In this document: positions 1-9,613 of the stretch, piece by piece
Position numbering within the stretch: the stretch's first letter is position 1
How the letters are laid out: every line of letters begins with the position of its first letter
Source of the DNA: Sedimentisphaeraceae bacterium JB056
GTDB lineage: Bacteria > Planctomycetota > Phycisphaerae > Sedimentisphaerales > Sedimentisphaeraceae
Assembly (NCBI GenBank): GCA_044440125.1
Contig: JBITAJ010000002.1
Span: forward strand, 29,281-93,280
Length of the DNA stretch: 64,000 nt
Reading direction: 5' to 3'
Notes under the pieces: generated by a model
What the model saw: only the letters and a program-made list of their open reading frames with translations
What the model was told of the DNA's origin: nothing
Databases searched by the model: none
Program-made: the position numbers and the translations under genes

Positions 1-2
1 GT

Positions 3-827
3 TGGATTCTCGAACCCTGCCTTTTGCCCCTCTGTCCAGGTTTTACCCATATCATAAGAGTAACTTTCGCCATAACCATACTTTGTTCTGATAAGCATCC
101 ATAAGGAACCGTCTTTTCGCTCTATTATTGTATTCTCATCATGACCGCGTTCCGCCACATCTGCACCACCTCGCCATTGCCAGCTCTGCCCCTCATCACT
201 TGACACAAACATATTAGAAAGATACCTGTCTTTAGGAACATCAGGATGATAGATGAATTGTTTTTTAACTTTCGGACTCCATTGAGCAACCGGCATCGCC
301 CACTGCCCGTCAGACAGTATCAATGGTTTATTGATCATTATTCCATCACACAAACGCTTAGGTTTTGACCATACCGGCTCCTCCTTTTGCGGCTGATCAG
401 TAGTAATCGCCCAAACACCTGCCCTGCCGTCATACCAACCATAACTCTGTGCCCAGAATACCCACAGTTTACCATTCGGGTCAACCCATAAACTTGGATC
501 AAATGCACGAAGCTTGGATGGGTAATCAGGTACAGGAAAATCAACAACGAGCTTCTCTTTACTCCAGCTAACTCCTCCATCACTGCTGGTAGCTAAGATA
601 ACATAGTTCTCATCGGTTTCACCAAAACCACCTCCAAACCAAGTAGCCCAGAGCCTTCCATTATCAGCAATTTCTATACTTGGAATTCCCTGAAAAGACC
701 TGTTTTCAGAACAATGTTCATCGCCAATATCAGTTATAATTCTTGCTGCCCGAAATCCCGCTGAATCATCTGCATAACAGGAAAAAACAAAAAGAAATAT
801 GTATATATATCTAACCCAATAAGACAT
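3..827 (-). CDS. Secreted BNR/Asp-box (exo-alpha-sialidase-like) protein, partial (runs off the left edge)
   Basis: Not in the ORF track; translated by hand from ATG 827 (GAGG upstream). MSYWVRYIYIFLFVFSCYA signal-like N-terminus, RSFQGIPSI, DPSLWVDPNGKLW, and Asp boxes SSDGGVSW, SSDEGQSW, SYDMGKTW; open to the window edge. Confidence 0.85.
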   Translation of the reverse strand, partial: MSYWVRYIYIFLFVFSCYADDSAGFRAARIITDIGDEHCSENRSFQGIPSIEIADNGRLWATWFGGGFGETDENYVILATSSDGGVSWSKEKLVVDFPVPDYPSKLRAFDPSLWVDPNGKLWVFWAQSYGWYDGRAGVWAITTDQPQKEEPVWSKPKRLCDGIMINKPLILSDGQWAMPVAQWSPKVKKQFIYHPDVPKDRYLSNMFVSSDEGQSWQWRGGADVAERGHDENTIIERKDGSLWMLIRTKYGYGESYSYDMGKTWTEGQKAGFENP

Positions 828-865
828 CCAAACCTCAACTATCAGATTACTAACTCTTAAAATTA

Positions 866-1570
866 CTACTCTCTTCTATTATGACTTCCATCACGTCGCC
901 AAATGACATCATCTTCATTCTTGACTCTGTCAACTCTACCATCACAAAAGAGAACATTGTATCCCTCACCATCAGGATGCCTCTTCCCTATACGCTCAAC
1001 AGTATCAATATGCTCATCAGAATCAATCCACATCTGAGAATAAACAACACCCTCAAATCTGTCAACATCAAGAACCATTACCGTCTCAGCCGGTCTTTTT
1101 ACCGACATATTTTTCCAACCATCAACATCACTGTTCTGGGTGTAACTTATCCATTGAGGTTCACTCTTTTTGATAGATGGACACTTAAAATTCTGTTGTG
1201 CGTATTCCTCAAATTCCTCATATGCCTGATTAACATTCATTACCGAACTATTGAGAATAACAGGTAAAACAGTAGTACGCCAGCTTAATGGACCACTTAT
1301 CACCCCTAACTGCGAACACCAACTGGGGAAATTACTTCGAGTTATCGTCTTGCCTGATAACGTATTAACAGGAGCAATAAAATCATCATATGTTTGACTG
1401 TAAAGCGTAAAACCCAACCCTAACTGCTTTAAATTGGAAGCACAGACAACAGCTTGCCCCTGCTGACGCACCTTAGCCAAAGCAGGCATCATAATCGCCA
1501 TCAAAACTGCAATTATTGATATTACAACCAACAATTCAATTAAAGTAAAACCCTTCCTATAAATATTCAT
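866..1570 (-). CDS. Prepilin-type N-methylation domain / DUF1559-like protein
   Basis: KGFTLIELLVVISIIAVLMAIMMPAL, C-x-SNLKQLG, central CPS, C-terminal RH...NVLFCDG. ATG 1570 preferred over GTG 1579; overlaps the end of the upstream GntR gene. Confidence 0.9.
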   Translation of the reverse strand: MNIYRKGFTLIELLVVISIIAVLMAIMMPALAKVRQQGQAVVCASNLKQLGLGFTLYSQTYDDFIAPVNTLSGKTITRSNFPSWCSQLGVISGPLSWRTTVLPVILNSSVMNVNQAYEEFEEYAQQNFKCPSIKKSEPQWISYTQNSDVDGWKNMSVKRPAETVMVLDVDRFEGVVYSQMWIDSDEHIDTVERIGKRHPDGEGYNVLFCDGRVDRVKNEDDVIWRRDGSHNRRE

Positions 1571-2264
1571 TTGATTCACCTTCCATAAAATTCAAGAAAC
1601 CTTTTCGTGCCTTATTAATATGCTCGCTCATTGCAATCGCAGCAGCATCGCCATCTCTTCGTTTTATAGCATCAAGAATACAGCCATGACTTTCTATTAC
1701 TTCATCCATAAAATCTGTTTCACTTCCATACCCCATATCTTCAATGGTCAAACAAACATGCTGATAATGAAGTATATCAAATATTTCACTCATCCTTTGA
1801 TTACCGCCTGCCTTAAGTATGGCACGATGAAACAGCTCGTCATATTCAGAATAATTCTGCTCTGTCCCTCTAAGACTCTCAAGCTTTGAATGTATGCCAA
1901 TACAGGTTTGTATATCTTCCTGAGTTCCGATTTCTGCCGCCAATTTCGCAGAATAACTCTCTATAGCGTCTCTCAATTGGTAAAGTTCTACAATTTCTTT
2001 AGCAGTATACCTCTTTACCATAAAACCGCCTTTAGGTAGCGAAACAAGGACTCCTTCAGCATTAAGTCTGAGCAAAGCCTCCCTTACAGGAACACGGCTA
2101 AGCCCCAGAGCTTCAGATATTTGTCTTTCAACAAGCCGCTCTTCTTTAGAAATTACACCATCAGCAATCATCTGTTTAAGCTCATTATAAACATAATCCT
2201 GCCGCGAAATCTCAGGCGGTATTCTTTTTTTATTATTAGGTTTACAAGCTGCTTTCAACATCAT
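1557..2264 (-). CDS. GntR-family (FadR/FCD) transcriptional regulator
   Basis: wHTH LVERQISEALGLSRVPVREALLRL; FCD motifs ELYQLRDAIE, DELFHRAI, ESHGCILDAI. Start set at ATG 2264 after GAGGT. Confidence 0.9.
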   Translation of the reverse strand: MMLKAACKPNNKKRIPPEISRQDYVYNELKQMIADGVISKEERLVERQISEALGLSRVPVREALLRLNAEGVLVSLPKGGFMVKRYTAKEIVELYQLRDAIESYSAKLAAEIGTQEDIQTCIGIHSKLESLRGTEQNYSEYDELFHRAILKAGGNQRMSEIFDILHYQHVCLTIEDMGYGSETDFMDEVIESHGCILDAIKRRDGDAAAIAMSEHINKARKGFLNFMEGESNEYL

Positions 2265-2292
2265 TAAACAATACCTCATTAAGTATTAATAT

Positions 2293-2333
2293 CTTGGTAT
2301 ACCAAGTATACCAAGCCAGAGGAAACATGTCAA
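2293..2333 (-). promoter_or_regulatory. Sigma70-type promoter with overlapping GntR-type operator
   Basis: Minus strand TTGACA (2333-2328)-17 bp-TATACT (2310-2305). Perfect 14-bp palindrome CTTGGTATACCAAG at 2293-2306, followed by an extra TATACCAAG half site. Confidence 0.8.
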
Positions 2334-2415
2334 GACAAAAAAACTAACTCTTGAAAAAAACAAAGAACTATCAGCTCGTAATCAAAATGCACGGCCGGAA
2401 TAGATATGTGCCCAC

Positions 2416-2468
2416 AAAAAAGTACGCCCCATTTGCGTTCCAGCCTGCGACTGAAAGGCAAATGGGGC
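2416..2468 (-). terminator. Intrinsic terminator after the SDR operon
   Basis: 11-bp stem GCCCCATTTGC (2426-2436)/GCAAATGGGGC (2458-2468), followed on the minus strand by GTACTTTTTT. Confidence 0.65.
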
Positions 2469-2542
2469 AAATATATAAAATCACTTACGAACAATTAATA
2501 TTAAAAAACATAAATTTCGTAAAATACCATATTACTAACGTC

Positions 2543-3319
2543 TCAGCAATGCATGCCACCGTCCATTAGGATATTTTCACCATTAATATACGCTGATGCA
2601 TCAGAAGCTAACAACACAGCCAAACCTTTTATATCATCGTTGTCAGCCATTCGCCCTACCGGAACTTTCTTATTATAGGTCTTGACAAAAACTGGATCCT
2701 GATGATTAAATAACCCACCGGGACTTATACAATTAGCCCGAATATTTTTCTTCGCAAGAAAACGAGCCAAATATCTCGTATAATTTATCATGCCTGCCCT
2801 GTGAAAAAAGTAATCAGGAGCAAGATCACCCATGTCTGTACCATCATAGTTTGACAAATCAGGGCCAAACATACCCATCATAGAAGCAATATTGACAATA
2901 GCCCCGCCACCACGTTTTTCGATAAGCTTACACATTTCTCGGGTTAAATCAAACACACCGGTTCCGTTAACTTTAAGTGATACGTCGAATGACTCTAATG
3001 AGCTTTCATAACCGGTAGTTGGCCTTGCTACCGCATTGTTTACAAGAGCATCAAGGCCACTGAATTTTTTATCAATCTGCTCTCTAAGTTGGGCAACAGA
3101 CTCATGATCGGCCTGATCGACTTTCATAGCACATACATCCAGACCATCAGCTCGACATTGCGAAGCAAAAGCCTCTCCTGATTCTATATTTCTTGACGCG
3201 GTTATAACGGTTGATTCGGCCTCAGCAAGCCCCTTGACAATGCACTTACCATAATTCCCGGCCCCACCTGTAACTAATATCACCTTGCCTTTAAGGCTTA
3301 AAAGCTCTTTAACATTCAT
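2543..3319 (-). CDS. SDR-family oxidoreductase
   Basis: TGGAGNYG nucleotide-binding motif, LVNNA, IVNIAS, NCISPGG; the catalytic motif reads YFFHR. Confidence 0.9.
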   Translation of the reverse strand: MNVKELLSLKGKVILVTGGAGNYGKCIVKGLAEAESTVITASRNIESGEAFASQCRADGLDVCAMKVDQADHESVAQLREQIDKKFSGLDALVNNAVARPTTGYESSLESFDVSLKVNGTGVFDLTREMCKLIEKRGGGAIVNIASMMGMFGPDLSNYDGTDMGDLAPDYFFHRAGMINYTRYLARFLAKKNIRANCISPGGLFNHQDPVFVKTYNKKVPVGRMADNDDIKGLAVLLASDASAYINGENILMDGGMHC

Positions 3320-3321
3320 TA

Positions 3322-4128
3322 TCAATCCTTACCATAAATACTTTTAGATTCATTCTGTGCAATATCACTGACAGAACTTACTATATTCTTAAAATATTGC
3401 CCTAACGCAATAACATCAGCACCAAGATTCACAAACTGATACCCCATTTCATTAAGCTCTTTAACATTACCCGGACCGCCAACGGTACCGGCAAATTTAC
3501 CGTTTGCTTTTGCTACCTCGGCAATTCGCTTTCTTGTTTGAGAAATCAACGGATCATCCCATTGCCCCGGCTTTCCGATTCCCTGTGAAAAATCTCCCGG
3601 TCCAAAGAAGAGCATATCTATACCGTCAAGCTTAGCTATTTCTTCAAGTTCATCAAGGGGTTCCGGATCTTCTATCTGCACAATAACAAAACGCTGCTGG
3701 TTAGCCGTCTTGAGGTAATCATTAAAATCTACCATGCAATAACCACCATCTGCATTGCCTCCATCAACAGGTCTGCGCCCGATAGGGTGAAAGCGTGTTG
3801 TACGCACAATATCTTTAGCCTCTTTCAAACTCATCAGATGAGGCACCATTATCCCCGCCGCATCAGCTTCCAACGGGCGTACATAATCACTGTAGCTGCC
3901 TTTGGAAATCCTTACAAGAGCATCTACATCATAAGTCTTAGCTGCTCGTATCTGATTCTCGATTGTCTGCCAATCCGCAGGCACATGCTCCATATCCAGC
4001 CAAATACAGTCAATTCCACACATAGCTGCAATTTCTGCCACTCTCACATCGGCAAGATTAAGTTTAACACACATTACATTTTCACCGGCTCTAAGTTTTT
4101 TAAGAACCCTGCTTGGTCTCATATTCAT
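3322..4128 (-). CDS. HpcH/HpaI class II aldolase
   Basis: WLDMEH, GIMVPH, IVQIED and FFGPGDFS motifs. Confidence 0.9.
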   Translation of the reverse strand: MNMRPSRVLKKLRAGENVMCVKLNLADVRVAEIAAMCGIDCIWLDMEHVPADWQTIENQIRAAKTYDVDALVRISKGSYSDYVRPLEADAAGIMVPHLMSLKEAKDIVRTTRFHPIGRRPVDGGNADGGYCMVDFNDYLKTANQQRFVIVQIEDPEPLDELEEIAKLDGIDMLFFGPGDFSQGIGKPGQWDDPLISQTRKRIAEVAKANGKFAGTVGGPGNVKELNEMGYQFVNLGADVIALGQYFKNIVSSVSDIAQNESKSIYGKD

Positions 4129-4138
4129 ATTTTACCTG

Positions 4139-5053
4139 CTAAAGAGTTATTTTCTTACCGCCCTGCTGAAGACTCTCACGAGCGGCAACGATGGAATTTA
4201 TTACATTATAAGTCTTGGTATAATCCAATCTCGGCTTACCTTCTCTGAACGACCTGACTGCTTCAATGAGCTGTGCCCTGAAACAAACATATGCTCCGCC
4301 ATGATTGACATTTACAACCCCCTTGTCTCCATATATATTAAGCTCTCCACCGGCAAGCCCCATAAAAGTATGCACTGTCGCCAGCATACCGTTATCAAGC
4401 TCCAGATAGATAATATCTTTACCGCTTTCGCTCATATGCTGAACAGTCTTAACTTTAGGATCATTTAAGAACGCAAGCATCCCCTCAAGATAATGAACGG
4501 TATACTTTCGCAGATCTTTAGCCCCCACAGCTACGGCAAGCTTAGGTTCACCAATTCCAGAAAGCTGATCCCGCTGACTTTGAACACCCGCTGAATAGCG
4601 CATCGCCGAACACGACATGATAAACTTACCTTCATCTACCTTCTTCGTAAAATAGTCAAGATCGTTACGAGAAAAAGCAAGCGGCTTATCAATAAACAGC
4701 GGCACACCGGCATCAATAAAAGCCTCAGACATCTGTCTATGATTCTCCGGATCATCACGGGCAAGTAGAACTGCATCTACCTGACCTATCATATCAGTCA
4801 TTTCATCTGCGACATTATCAATCATTGCCGCATCAGCCACTTTCTTTGAAAGTGCCTTATCCTGCGTCCAGATGTGCGTCACTCTCACATCCTCTATGCC
4901 TAATGTATCCCTGTTTGCTCCAAGATAAGCGGGTATAACAGGATAACCGCAATCAGCCATTAAAGCCCGATCGTAATCACCATTAATTATCGCTGACCAT
5001 GAATACGGATGTCCATTGCCTTCACTCAGCCCAATTATTCCAATTTTCAACAT
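4139..5053 (-). CDS. Gfo/Idh/MocA-like oxidoreductase
   Basis: KIGIIG N-terminal Rossmann strand, GVPLFIDKPLA; start set at MLKIG (5053). Confidence 0.8.
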   Translation of the reverse strand: MLKIGIIGLSEGNGHPYSWSAIINGDYDRALMADCGYPVIPAYLGANRDTLGIEDVRVTHIWTQDKALSKKVADAAMIDNVADEMTDMIGQVDAVLLARDDPENHRQMSEAFIDAGVPLFIDKPLAFSRNDLDYFTKKVDEGKFIMSCSAMRYSAGVQSQRDQLSGIGEPKLAVAVGAKDLRKYTVHYLEGMLAFLNDPKVKTVQHMSESGKDIIYLELDNGMLATVHTFMGLAGGELNIYGDKGVVNVNHGGAYVCFRAQLIEAVRSFREGKPRLDYTKTYNVINSIVAARESLQQGGKKITL

Positions 5054-5080
5054 TTTATAATCCCAATTTCTATACACTAT

Positions 5081-6025
5081 TTAATTTAGCCAGCCCATTC
5101 TGTCCCACTTGGGAAGATCAAGAAACTCCGGCTCCGGATATGCAAGACTTAGCGCCTTTTCAACTCTCGTCTCATCAATCACGCCCTGTCTGGACACATC
5201 CAATGCCTTATTTAAATATTCAGTTTTATCAATACCGACCAGCACAGAAGTTACTCCTTGTTGAGACATAACAAATCTCGTTGCAAAATCGGATAAGGTT
5301 TCACCGTCTTCCAGTAACCCGCAGTAACGCTCGCGATAATCGCTGACTGCTTTCAGTTCTGGATGTAAATTTCGTCCTCTGTCAGTCAAAATCCCCTTGA
5401 AAAGAGCAGATCTTACAACAATAGCAACGCCTTTATCTTTTGCCAATTCAAATAAATCCCCATGGCTCTGATCCATAAGATTATATGGAAGCTGGATAAC
5501 ATCCCACACGCCACTCTCAATGGCACTTCGCGTTTCTTCCGGCTTATAAACAGAAATCCCCTTAGCCCTGATTACTCCAGAGTTCTTCAATTCATCAAAC
5601 ACCGCAATTACATCAGGGTTATTTACAACATCAAGTGAACCATCATGCGACATCAGAATATCAATATAATCACATTGCAACTCTCGCAGACTCTTCTGCA
5701 CAGAATCCTTTATACTCCTGTCAACATCACAAGCCATTCCTTCCTTAGTAATAAAATGATCAGGCTTTGTACATATAACAACATCTTCTCTTCTGTCACC
5801 AAAAGCCAACCCCATAAGTTTTTCACTTTTGCCGTAAGCTCTCGCCGTATCAAAAAAATTGATACCATTACTCAAAGCACAACGCAAAAGTTCAATCGCC
5901 TGCTGATCAGTCAACATATCGTCTTCACTCTCTATACCGATACCATACGGTATACCTATGCTTACACCACCGAAAGCTATCTTAGAAACCTCTATGCCTG
6001 TGTTTCCTAATTTACAATAATCCAT
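5081..6025 (-). CDS. Aldo/keto reductase
   Basis: LGNTGIEVSKIAFG, GINFFDTARAYG, ICTK, DYIDILMSH, IQLPYNL. Confidence 0.9.
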   Translation of the reverse strand: MDYCKLGNTGIEVSKIAFGGVSIGIPYGIGIESEDDMLTDQQAIELLRCALSNGINFFDTARAYGKSEKLMGLAFGDRREDVVICTKPDHFITKEGMACDVDRSIKDSVQKSLRELQCDYIDILMSHDGSLDVVNNPDVIAVFDELKNSGVIRAKGISVYKPEETRSAIESGVWDVIQLPYNLMDQSHGDLFELAKDKGVAIVVRSALFKGILTDRGRNLHPELKAVSDYRERYCGLLEDGETLSDFATRFVMSQQGVTSVLVGIDKTEYLNKALDVSRQGVIDETRVEKALSLAYPEPEFLDLPKWDRMGWLN

Positions 6026-6158
6026 ATAAATTCCTCAATTATTTTACTTATCGCATAATGTTAACATCTTGATTATATTTTCGCTAACATTTTTTGGTTT
6101 TTTTTGAAATCTTTTAAAAAAACTTGCTTTTTCCTAAAAAAATGCGATATTTTAACCC

Positions 6159-6770
6159 ATGAGCAAGATTACAGTTAAAAATCAGGCACAAAAAGCCTAT
6201 ATAGAGATAAGAAAACATTTAATGGCAAGATCTCTCAAGCCAGGTGAACGGCTTACTGAGAAAAATTGGTCTGAAAAACTGGGTGTCAATAGAGCTGATG
6301 TCAAACAGGCTTTCTCAAGACTGCTTGGCGAAGGTCTATTGATGACAGGAGCCAAAGGCGGCTTTTTTGTAAAAGAATTCACAAATCAGGAACTTGAAGA
6401 GTTACTTGAAATCCGAAGCATTCTTGAAACAGCTGCGGCCAAGCGTGCATTGACACATGCAACAAAAGAAGAGATTGATGAGCTTGAAAAAATCTCAAAT
6501 CTCATGCTCGAAATGGCTCGCAATAACTATTATATGGGCTTCAAAGAAGCAGACCTGCACTTCCATGAAACACTTGTAAAAAGCTCTCACAATAAAAAGC
6601 TTGAACAAATATACATGATGGCCAATCTGCCGATATCAGGCGGCACAGAAATAAGAGATAAATCCGAACATCTATTAGAAACAGACGCTCTGAAACATAT
6701 TGACATGGTAAAAGCCCTGCGAAATAGAGATGAGACCAAACTCATTAGCCTAACCCAAAGCCAATTTTAA
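6159..6770 (+). CDS. GntR-family (FCD) regulator, divergent from the AKR-SDR operon
   Basis: PGERLTE...LGVNRADVKQAF wHTH; EIRSILE, DLHFHETL. Confidence 0.85.
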   Translation: MSKITVKNQAQKAYIEIRKHLMARSLKPGERLTEKNWSEKLGVNRADVKQAFSRLLGEGLLMTGAKGGFFVKEFTNQELEELLEIRSILETAAAKRALTHATKEEIDELEKISNLMLEMARNNYYMGFKEADLHFHETLVKSSHNKKLEQIYMMANLPISGGTEIRDKSEHLLETDALKHIDMVKALRNRDETKLISLTQSQF

Positions 6771-6780
6771 AGGTTAATAT

Positions 6781-7776
6781 TCAACCACCATAAGCTTCAT
6801 TGTGTATTCCTTCAATAAAAGCCACCGACTCCCTTATCTGCTTCAAAGACAGTAAAGGCGGCGAAATTCCAACCCTATCCCCAAAACAATACATAATAAA
6901 ATCGAACAACTCATCTTTCACTTGATTATTCGTCTCCTTTATCCAGCCATCAACCTTGCACTCGATCTTCTTCGAATCAACACAAAGCTGCTTTTGTAAG
7001 AAGTCTCCTTCCACCACATAATCATCAGCATCAATTCTAACATTACGGCTCGTATCATTGCCAGCCAGCCATGAAACAAATATCTCACCACTGCAATTTT
7101 GATGCAATGTCTTTAGTCTAAGCTGCTGTACCTTGCCATCTTTCATTATCTTTTCAACAATATCGCACTGCAATATATCACCAAAATAGAACAATGCCAG
7201 ATCAAGATCATGAATAAGTTTATCAACAATTATATCATCTTCAATTCGTGGAGAATGCATCTGTAGTCTGTTGAAAAGATAAGTCACTTTTGAAGTCCGC
7301 CAATTATCCAGCAACTCCTTTATCTTAATAGAAACAGGATTATAACGCTCTATATGACCGGCCATAATATTTACACCATTAGCCTCTGCTTTTGATACCA
7401 GCGTCTCGAATTCGTCCAGCCTAACCACTATCGGCTTTTCAACAAATACATTCACGCCTCTCTCAAGAGCATATTCTGCAATAGCAAAATGAGTCGCGGT
7501 AGGAGTTGCCACGACAACAATATTCGGGCTCAAATCATCTATAACATCACGATAATCATTAAAGAAAGGCACCCCAGCAAATTCCCCCGTTACCATCTCA
7601 AAACTATCACAAACGGCACACAGTCTTATTTTCGGCAGAATTTCCTCACAGTTACCTTTGTAATAATCCTCTACGGCTCCCGAAATTAATTGATTCAACG
7701 CAGCAACATGGTAACTGCCCATCTTGCCAAGCCCTATCACTGCAACATCAATTGTCTTAGTCTGCATATCAGGCAT
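6781..7776 (-). CDS. Gfo/Idh/MocA oxidoreductase
   Basis: VIGLGKMG, VATPTATH, VFVEKP, GHIERYNP, IHDLD. Confidence 0.9.
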   Translation of the reverse strand: MPDMQTKTIDVAVIGLGKMGSYHVAALNQLISGAVEDYYKGNCEEILPKIRLCAVCDSFEMVTGEFAGVPFFNDYRDVIDDLSPNIVVVATPTATHFAIAEYALERGVNVFVEKPIVVRLDEFETLVSKAEANGVNIMAGHIERYNPVSIKIKELLDNWRTSKVTYLFNRLQMHSPRIEDDIIVDKLIHDLDLALFYFGDILQCDIVEKIMKDGKVQQLRLKTLHQNCSGEIFVSWLAGNDTSRNVRIDADDYVVEGDFLQKQLCVDSKKIECKVDGWIKETNNQVKDELFDFIMYCFGDRVGISPPLLSLKQIRESVAFIEGIHNEAYGG

Positions 7777-7780
7777 ATAC

Positions 7781-8581
7781 TTAAAAACTCCTGAGACTAC
7801 TTATAGCAGTAATTATATCTTCCAGTCTATTTTCTCCACATTCCCGTTCAACACACAAATCTCCTTTATAGCCAATATCAGAAAGTGCCTTGAAAAAGCC
7901 GTAACTATCAACTTCACCCTGTCCCCATGCGACTTCCTTCCCCCACAAGCGTTCATCCGTTGAAGAAACAGCATCCTTGATATGAATATTTTTTATCCAA
8001 CTGCTCAACTTATTTACAGCACTAACCGGCTCTCCCTTTGAATACAATATCATATTAGCCGGATCAAAATTGACTCCTACCCAACTGTGATCGAGTACAA
8101 GGAGAAAATTTTGCAATTCCTCCACCGTCTCCTGTCCGGTTTCCATCAGCAATACAACATTGTTTTCAGCAGCATAATCGGCTACTTCACGCACCTGTCC
8201 GATCAACTGACTATCAGAACTCTCAATCATCCCAAAATGAAAAGACAGCATCTCTATACCATAAAAAGTGTTAATATCTATAGCATCCTTAACCTTCTTA
8301 ATTCCCTGCTGCCTGTATTGGATTGGAACAATCCCTCCGGTGGCAGCAATACTTTGCAAAGTAGAATAATCTTCATGCTCAAAGCTTACCATTGCGGAAT
8401 TAACAATCCAACCACCAGACAAGAGCGACTCTATGAAAGAAGTGTTCTCTTTACCCATTTCAGATCTCACATGCAGTTGAATATGTGAAATACCGGTCTC
8501 TTCTTTAACTCGCTCAATCAGAGACAGGTCATTACCAAGGGACCAACTGCATAAACCAATGTTCCAGTCAGACATATTCAT
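7781..8581 (-). CDS. Sugar phosphate isomerase/epimerase (xylose-isomerase-like TIM barrel)
   Basis: METGQE, NFDPANM, IHIKDA and VERE metal-binding pattern. Confidence 0.85.
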   Translation of the reverse strand: MNMSDWNIGLCSWSLGNDLSLIERVKEETGISHIQLHVRSEMGKENTSFIESLLSGGWIVNSAMVSFEHEDYSTLQSIAATGGIVPIQYRQQGIKKVKDAIDINTFYGIEMLSFHFGMIESSDSQLIGQVREVADYAAENNVVLLMETGQETVEELQNFLLVLDHSWVGVNFDPANMILYSKGEPVSAVNKLSSWIKNIHIKDAVSSTDERLWGKEVAWGQGEVDSYGFFKALSDIGYKGDLCVERECGENRLEDIITAISSLRSF

Positions 8582-8582
8582 T

Positions 8583-9602
8583 TTAGTTTATCTCAACCAG
8601 TTGCTTATTTTGACTGGAAAGTCTCTCTGCTTCAACTATTCTTACGGAATCCATAGACTCAACAGGCGTTAATATCTGCGGCAAATCCTCTCCACGCACT
8701 TTCTTTACAAAATACTCTAATTCAAGATAATAGCCATCTGCCTTGTCAACAACTGGGCTGTAAGCTTCCGAATTTTGCGGGCATACTCTGAAACTCTCTG
8801 CTCTTGTAATATCAAAACACACAACAGCTTCATCTAAAACAATATTAAAGCTCATTTCAAAACCGAAAGAATGGCTCATCATCCATCCACCTTCAGCCGT
8901 CACAGCAATATCATCCTCATAAACATATTGAGCTACAGTATGATCAAAGCTGCCAGATGCCCCTTCAGCAGAACTTGAGAATACAGCCTTGGGCATACCT
9001 AAAAGATATTGGATATAATCAGCATCATGAATATGTAGATCATGTATCGCCCCTCCGCTTCTCTTCTCGTCAAGTATCCAGTTATCCCATGCCCAACCGG
9101 GAGTCAGACTCAAACGCCTGAACGAAGCCGCTTTAACATTTCCGTATTGACCGCTTTCTACTATTCTTTTTACTTCAGCATATTCCGGCCAGAATCTAAT
9201 GCAATGACCTATCTGCAGAAGCTTGCCGCTCTCTTTAGAAGCTTCTATCATTCTCTTGCATTGCATACTGTCCAAAGCCATCGGCTTTTCACACAGTACA
9301 TTTATCCCTGCATGTAAGGCTTTCACGGCATATTCTTCATGCAGATAAGTTGGTAAAGTAATTGAAACTATATCAAGCGACTGCTCTGTGAACATTTCTT
9401 CCGCATCTGTATATAAAGCTATGCCGGATAAATCTAAATCGCTCTCACTGCCGGTAATATTACCAGATGAAGATTTTCCGCTAAATTCATCTTTATCTAT
9501 ATCGCAAATAGCTGCTATTTCAACACCATCAATCTTTCGATAATTATTGAAGTGCATATTACCCATAAAACCAAAGCCAAGTATTCCTATACGTATCATC
9601 AT
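8583..9602 (-). CDS. Gfo/Idh/MocA oxidoreductase
   Basis: GILGFGFMG, LPTYLH, LCEKPMA, GHCIRFWP, GGAIHDLHIHD. Confidence 0.92.
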   Translation of the reverse strand: MMIRIGILGFGFMGNMHFNNYRKIDGVEIAAICDIDKDEFSGKSSSGNITGSESDLDLSGIALYTDAEEMFTEQSLDIVSITLPTYLHEEYAVKALHAGINVLCEKPMALDSMQCKRMIEASKESGKLLQIGHCIRFWPEYAEVKRIVESGQYGNVKAASFRRLSLTPGWAWDNWILDEKRSGGAIHDLHIHDADYIQYLLGMPKAVFSSSAEGASGSFDHTVAQYVYEDDIAVTAEGGWMMSHSFGFEMSFNIVLDEAVVCFDITRAESFRVCPQNSEAYSPVVDKADGYYLELEYFVKKVRGEDLPQILTPVESMDSVRIVEAERLSSQNKQLVEIN

Positions 9603-9613
9603 ATCTCTCCTGA

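Noticed and set aside
2351..2569. 72-aa plus-strand ORF
   Set aside because: TTG start without RBS, spans the terminator hairpin and overlaps the SDR stop.
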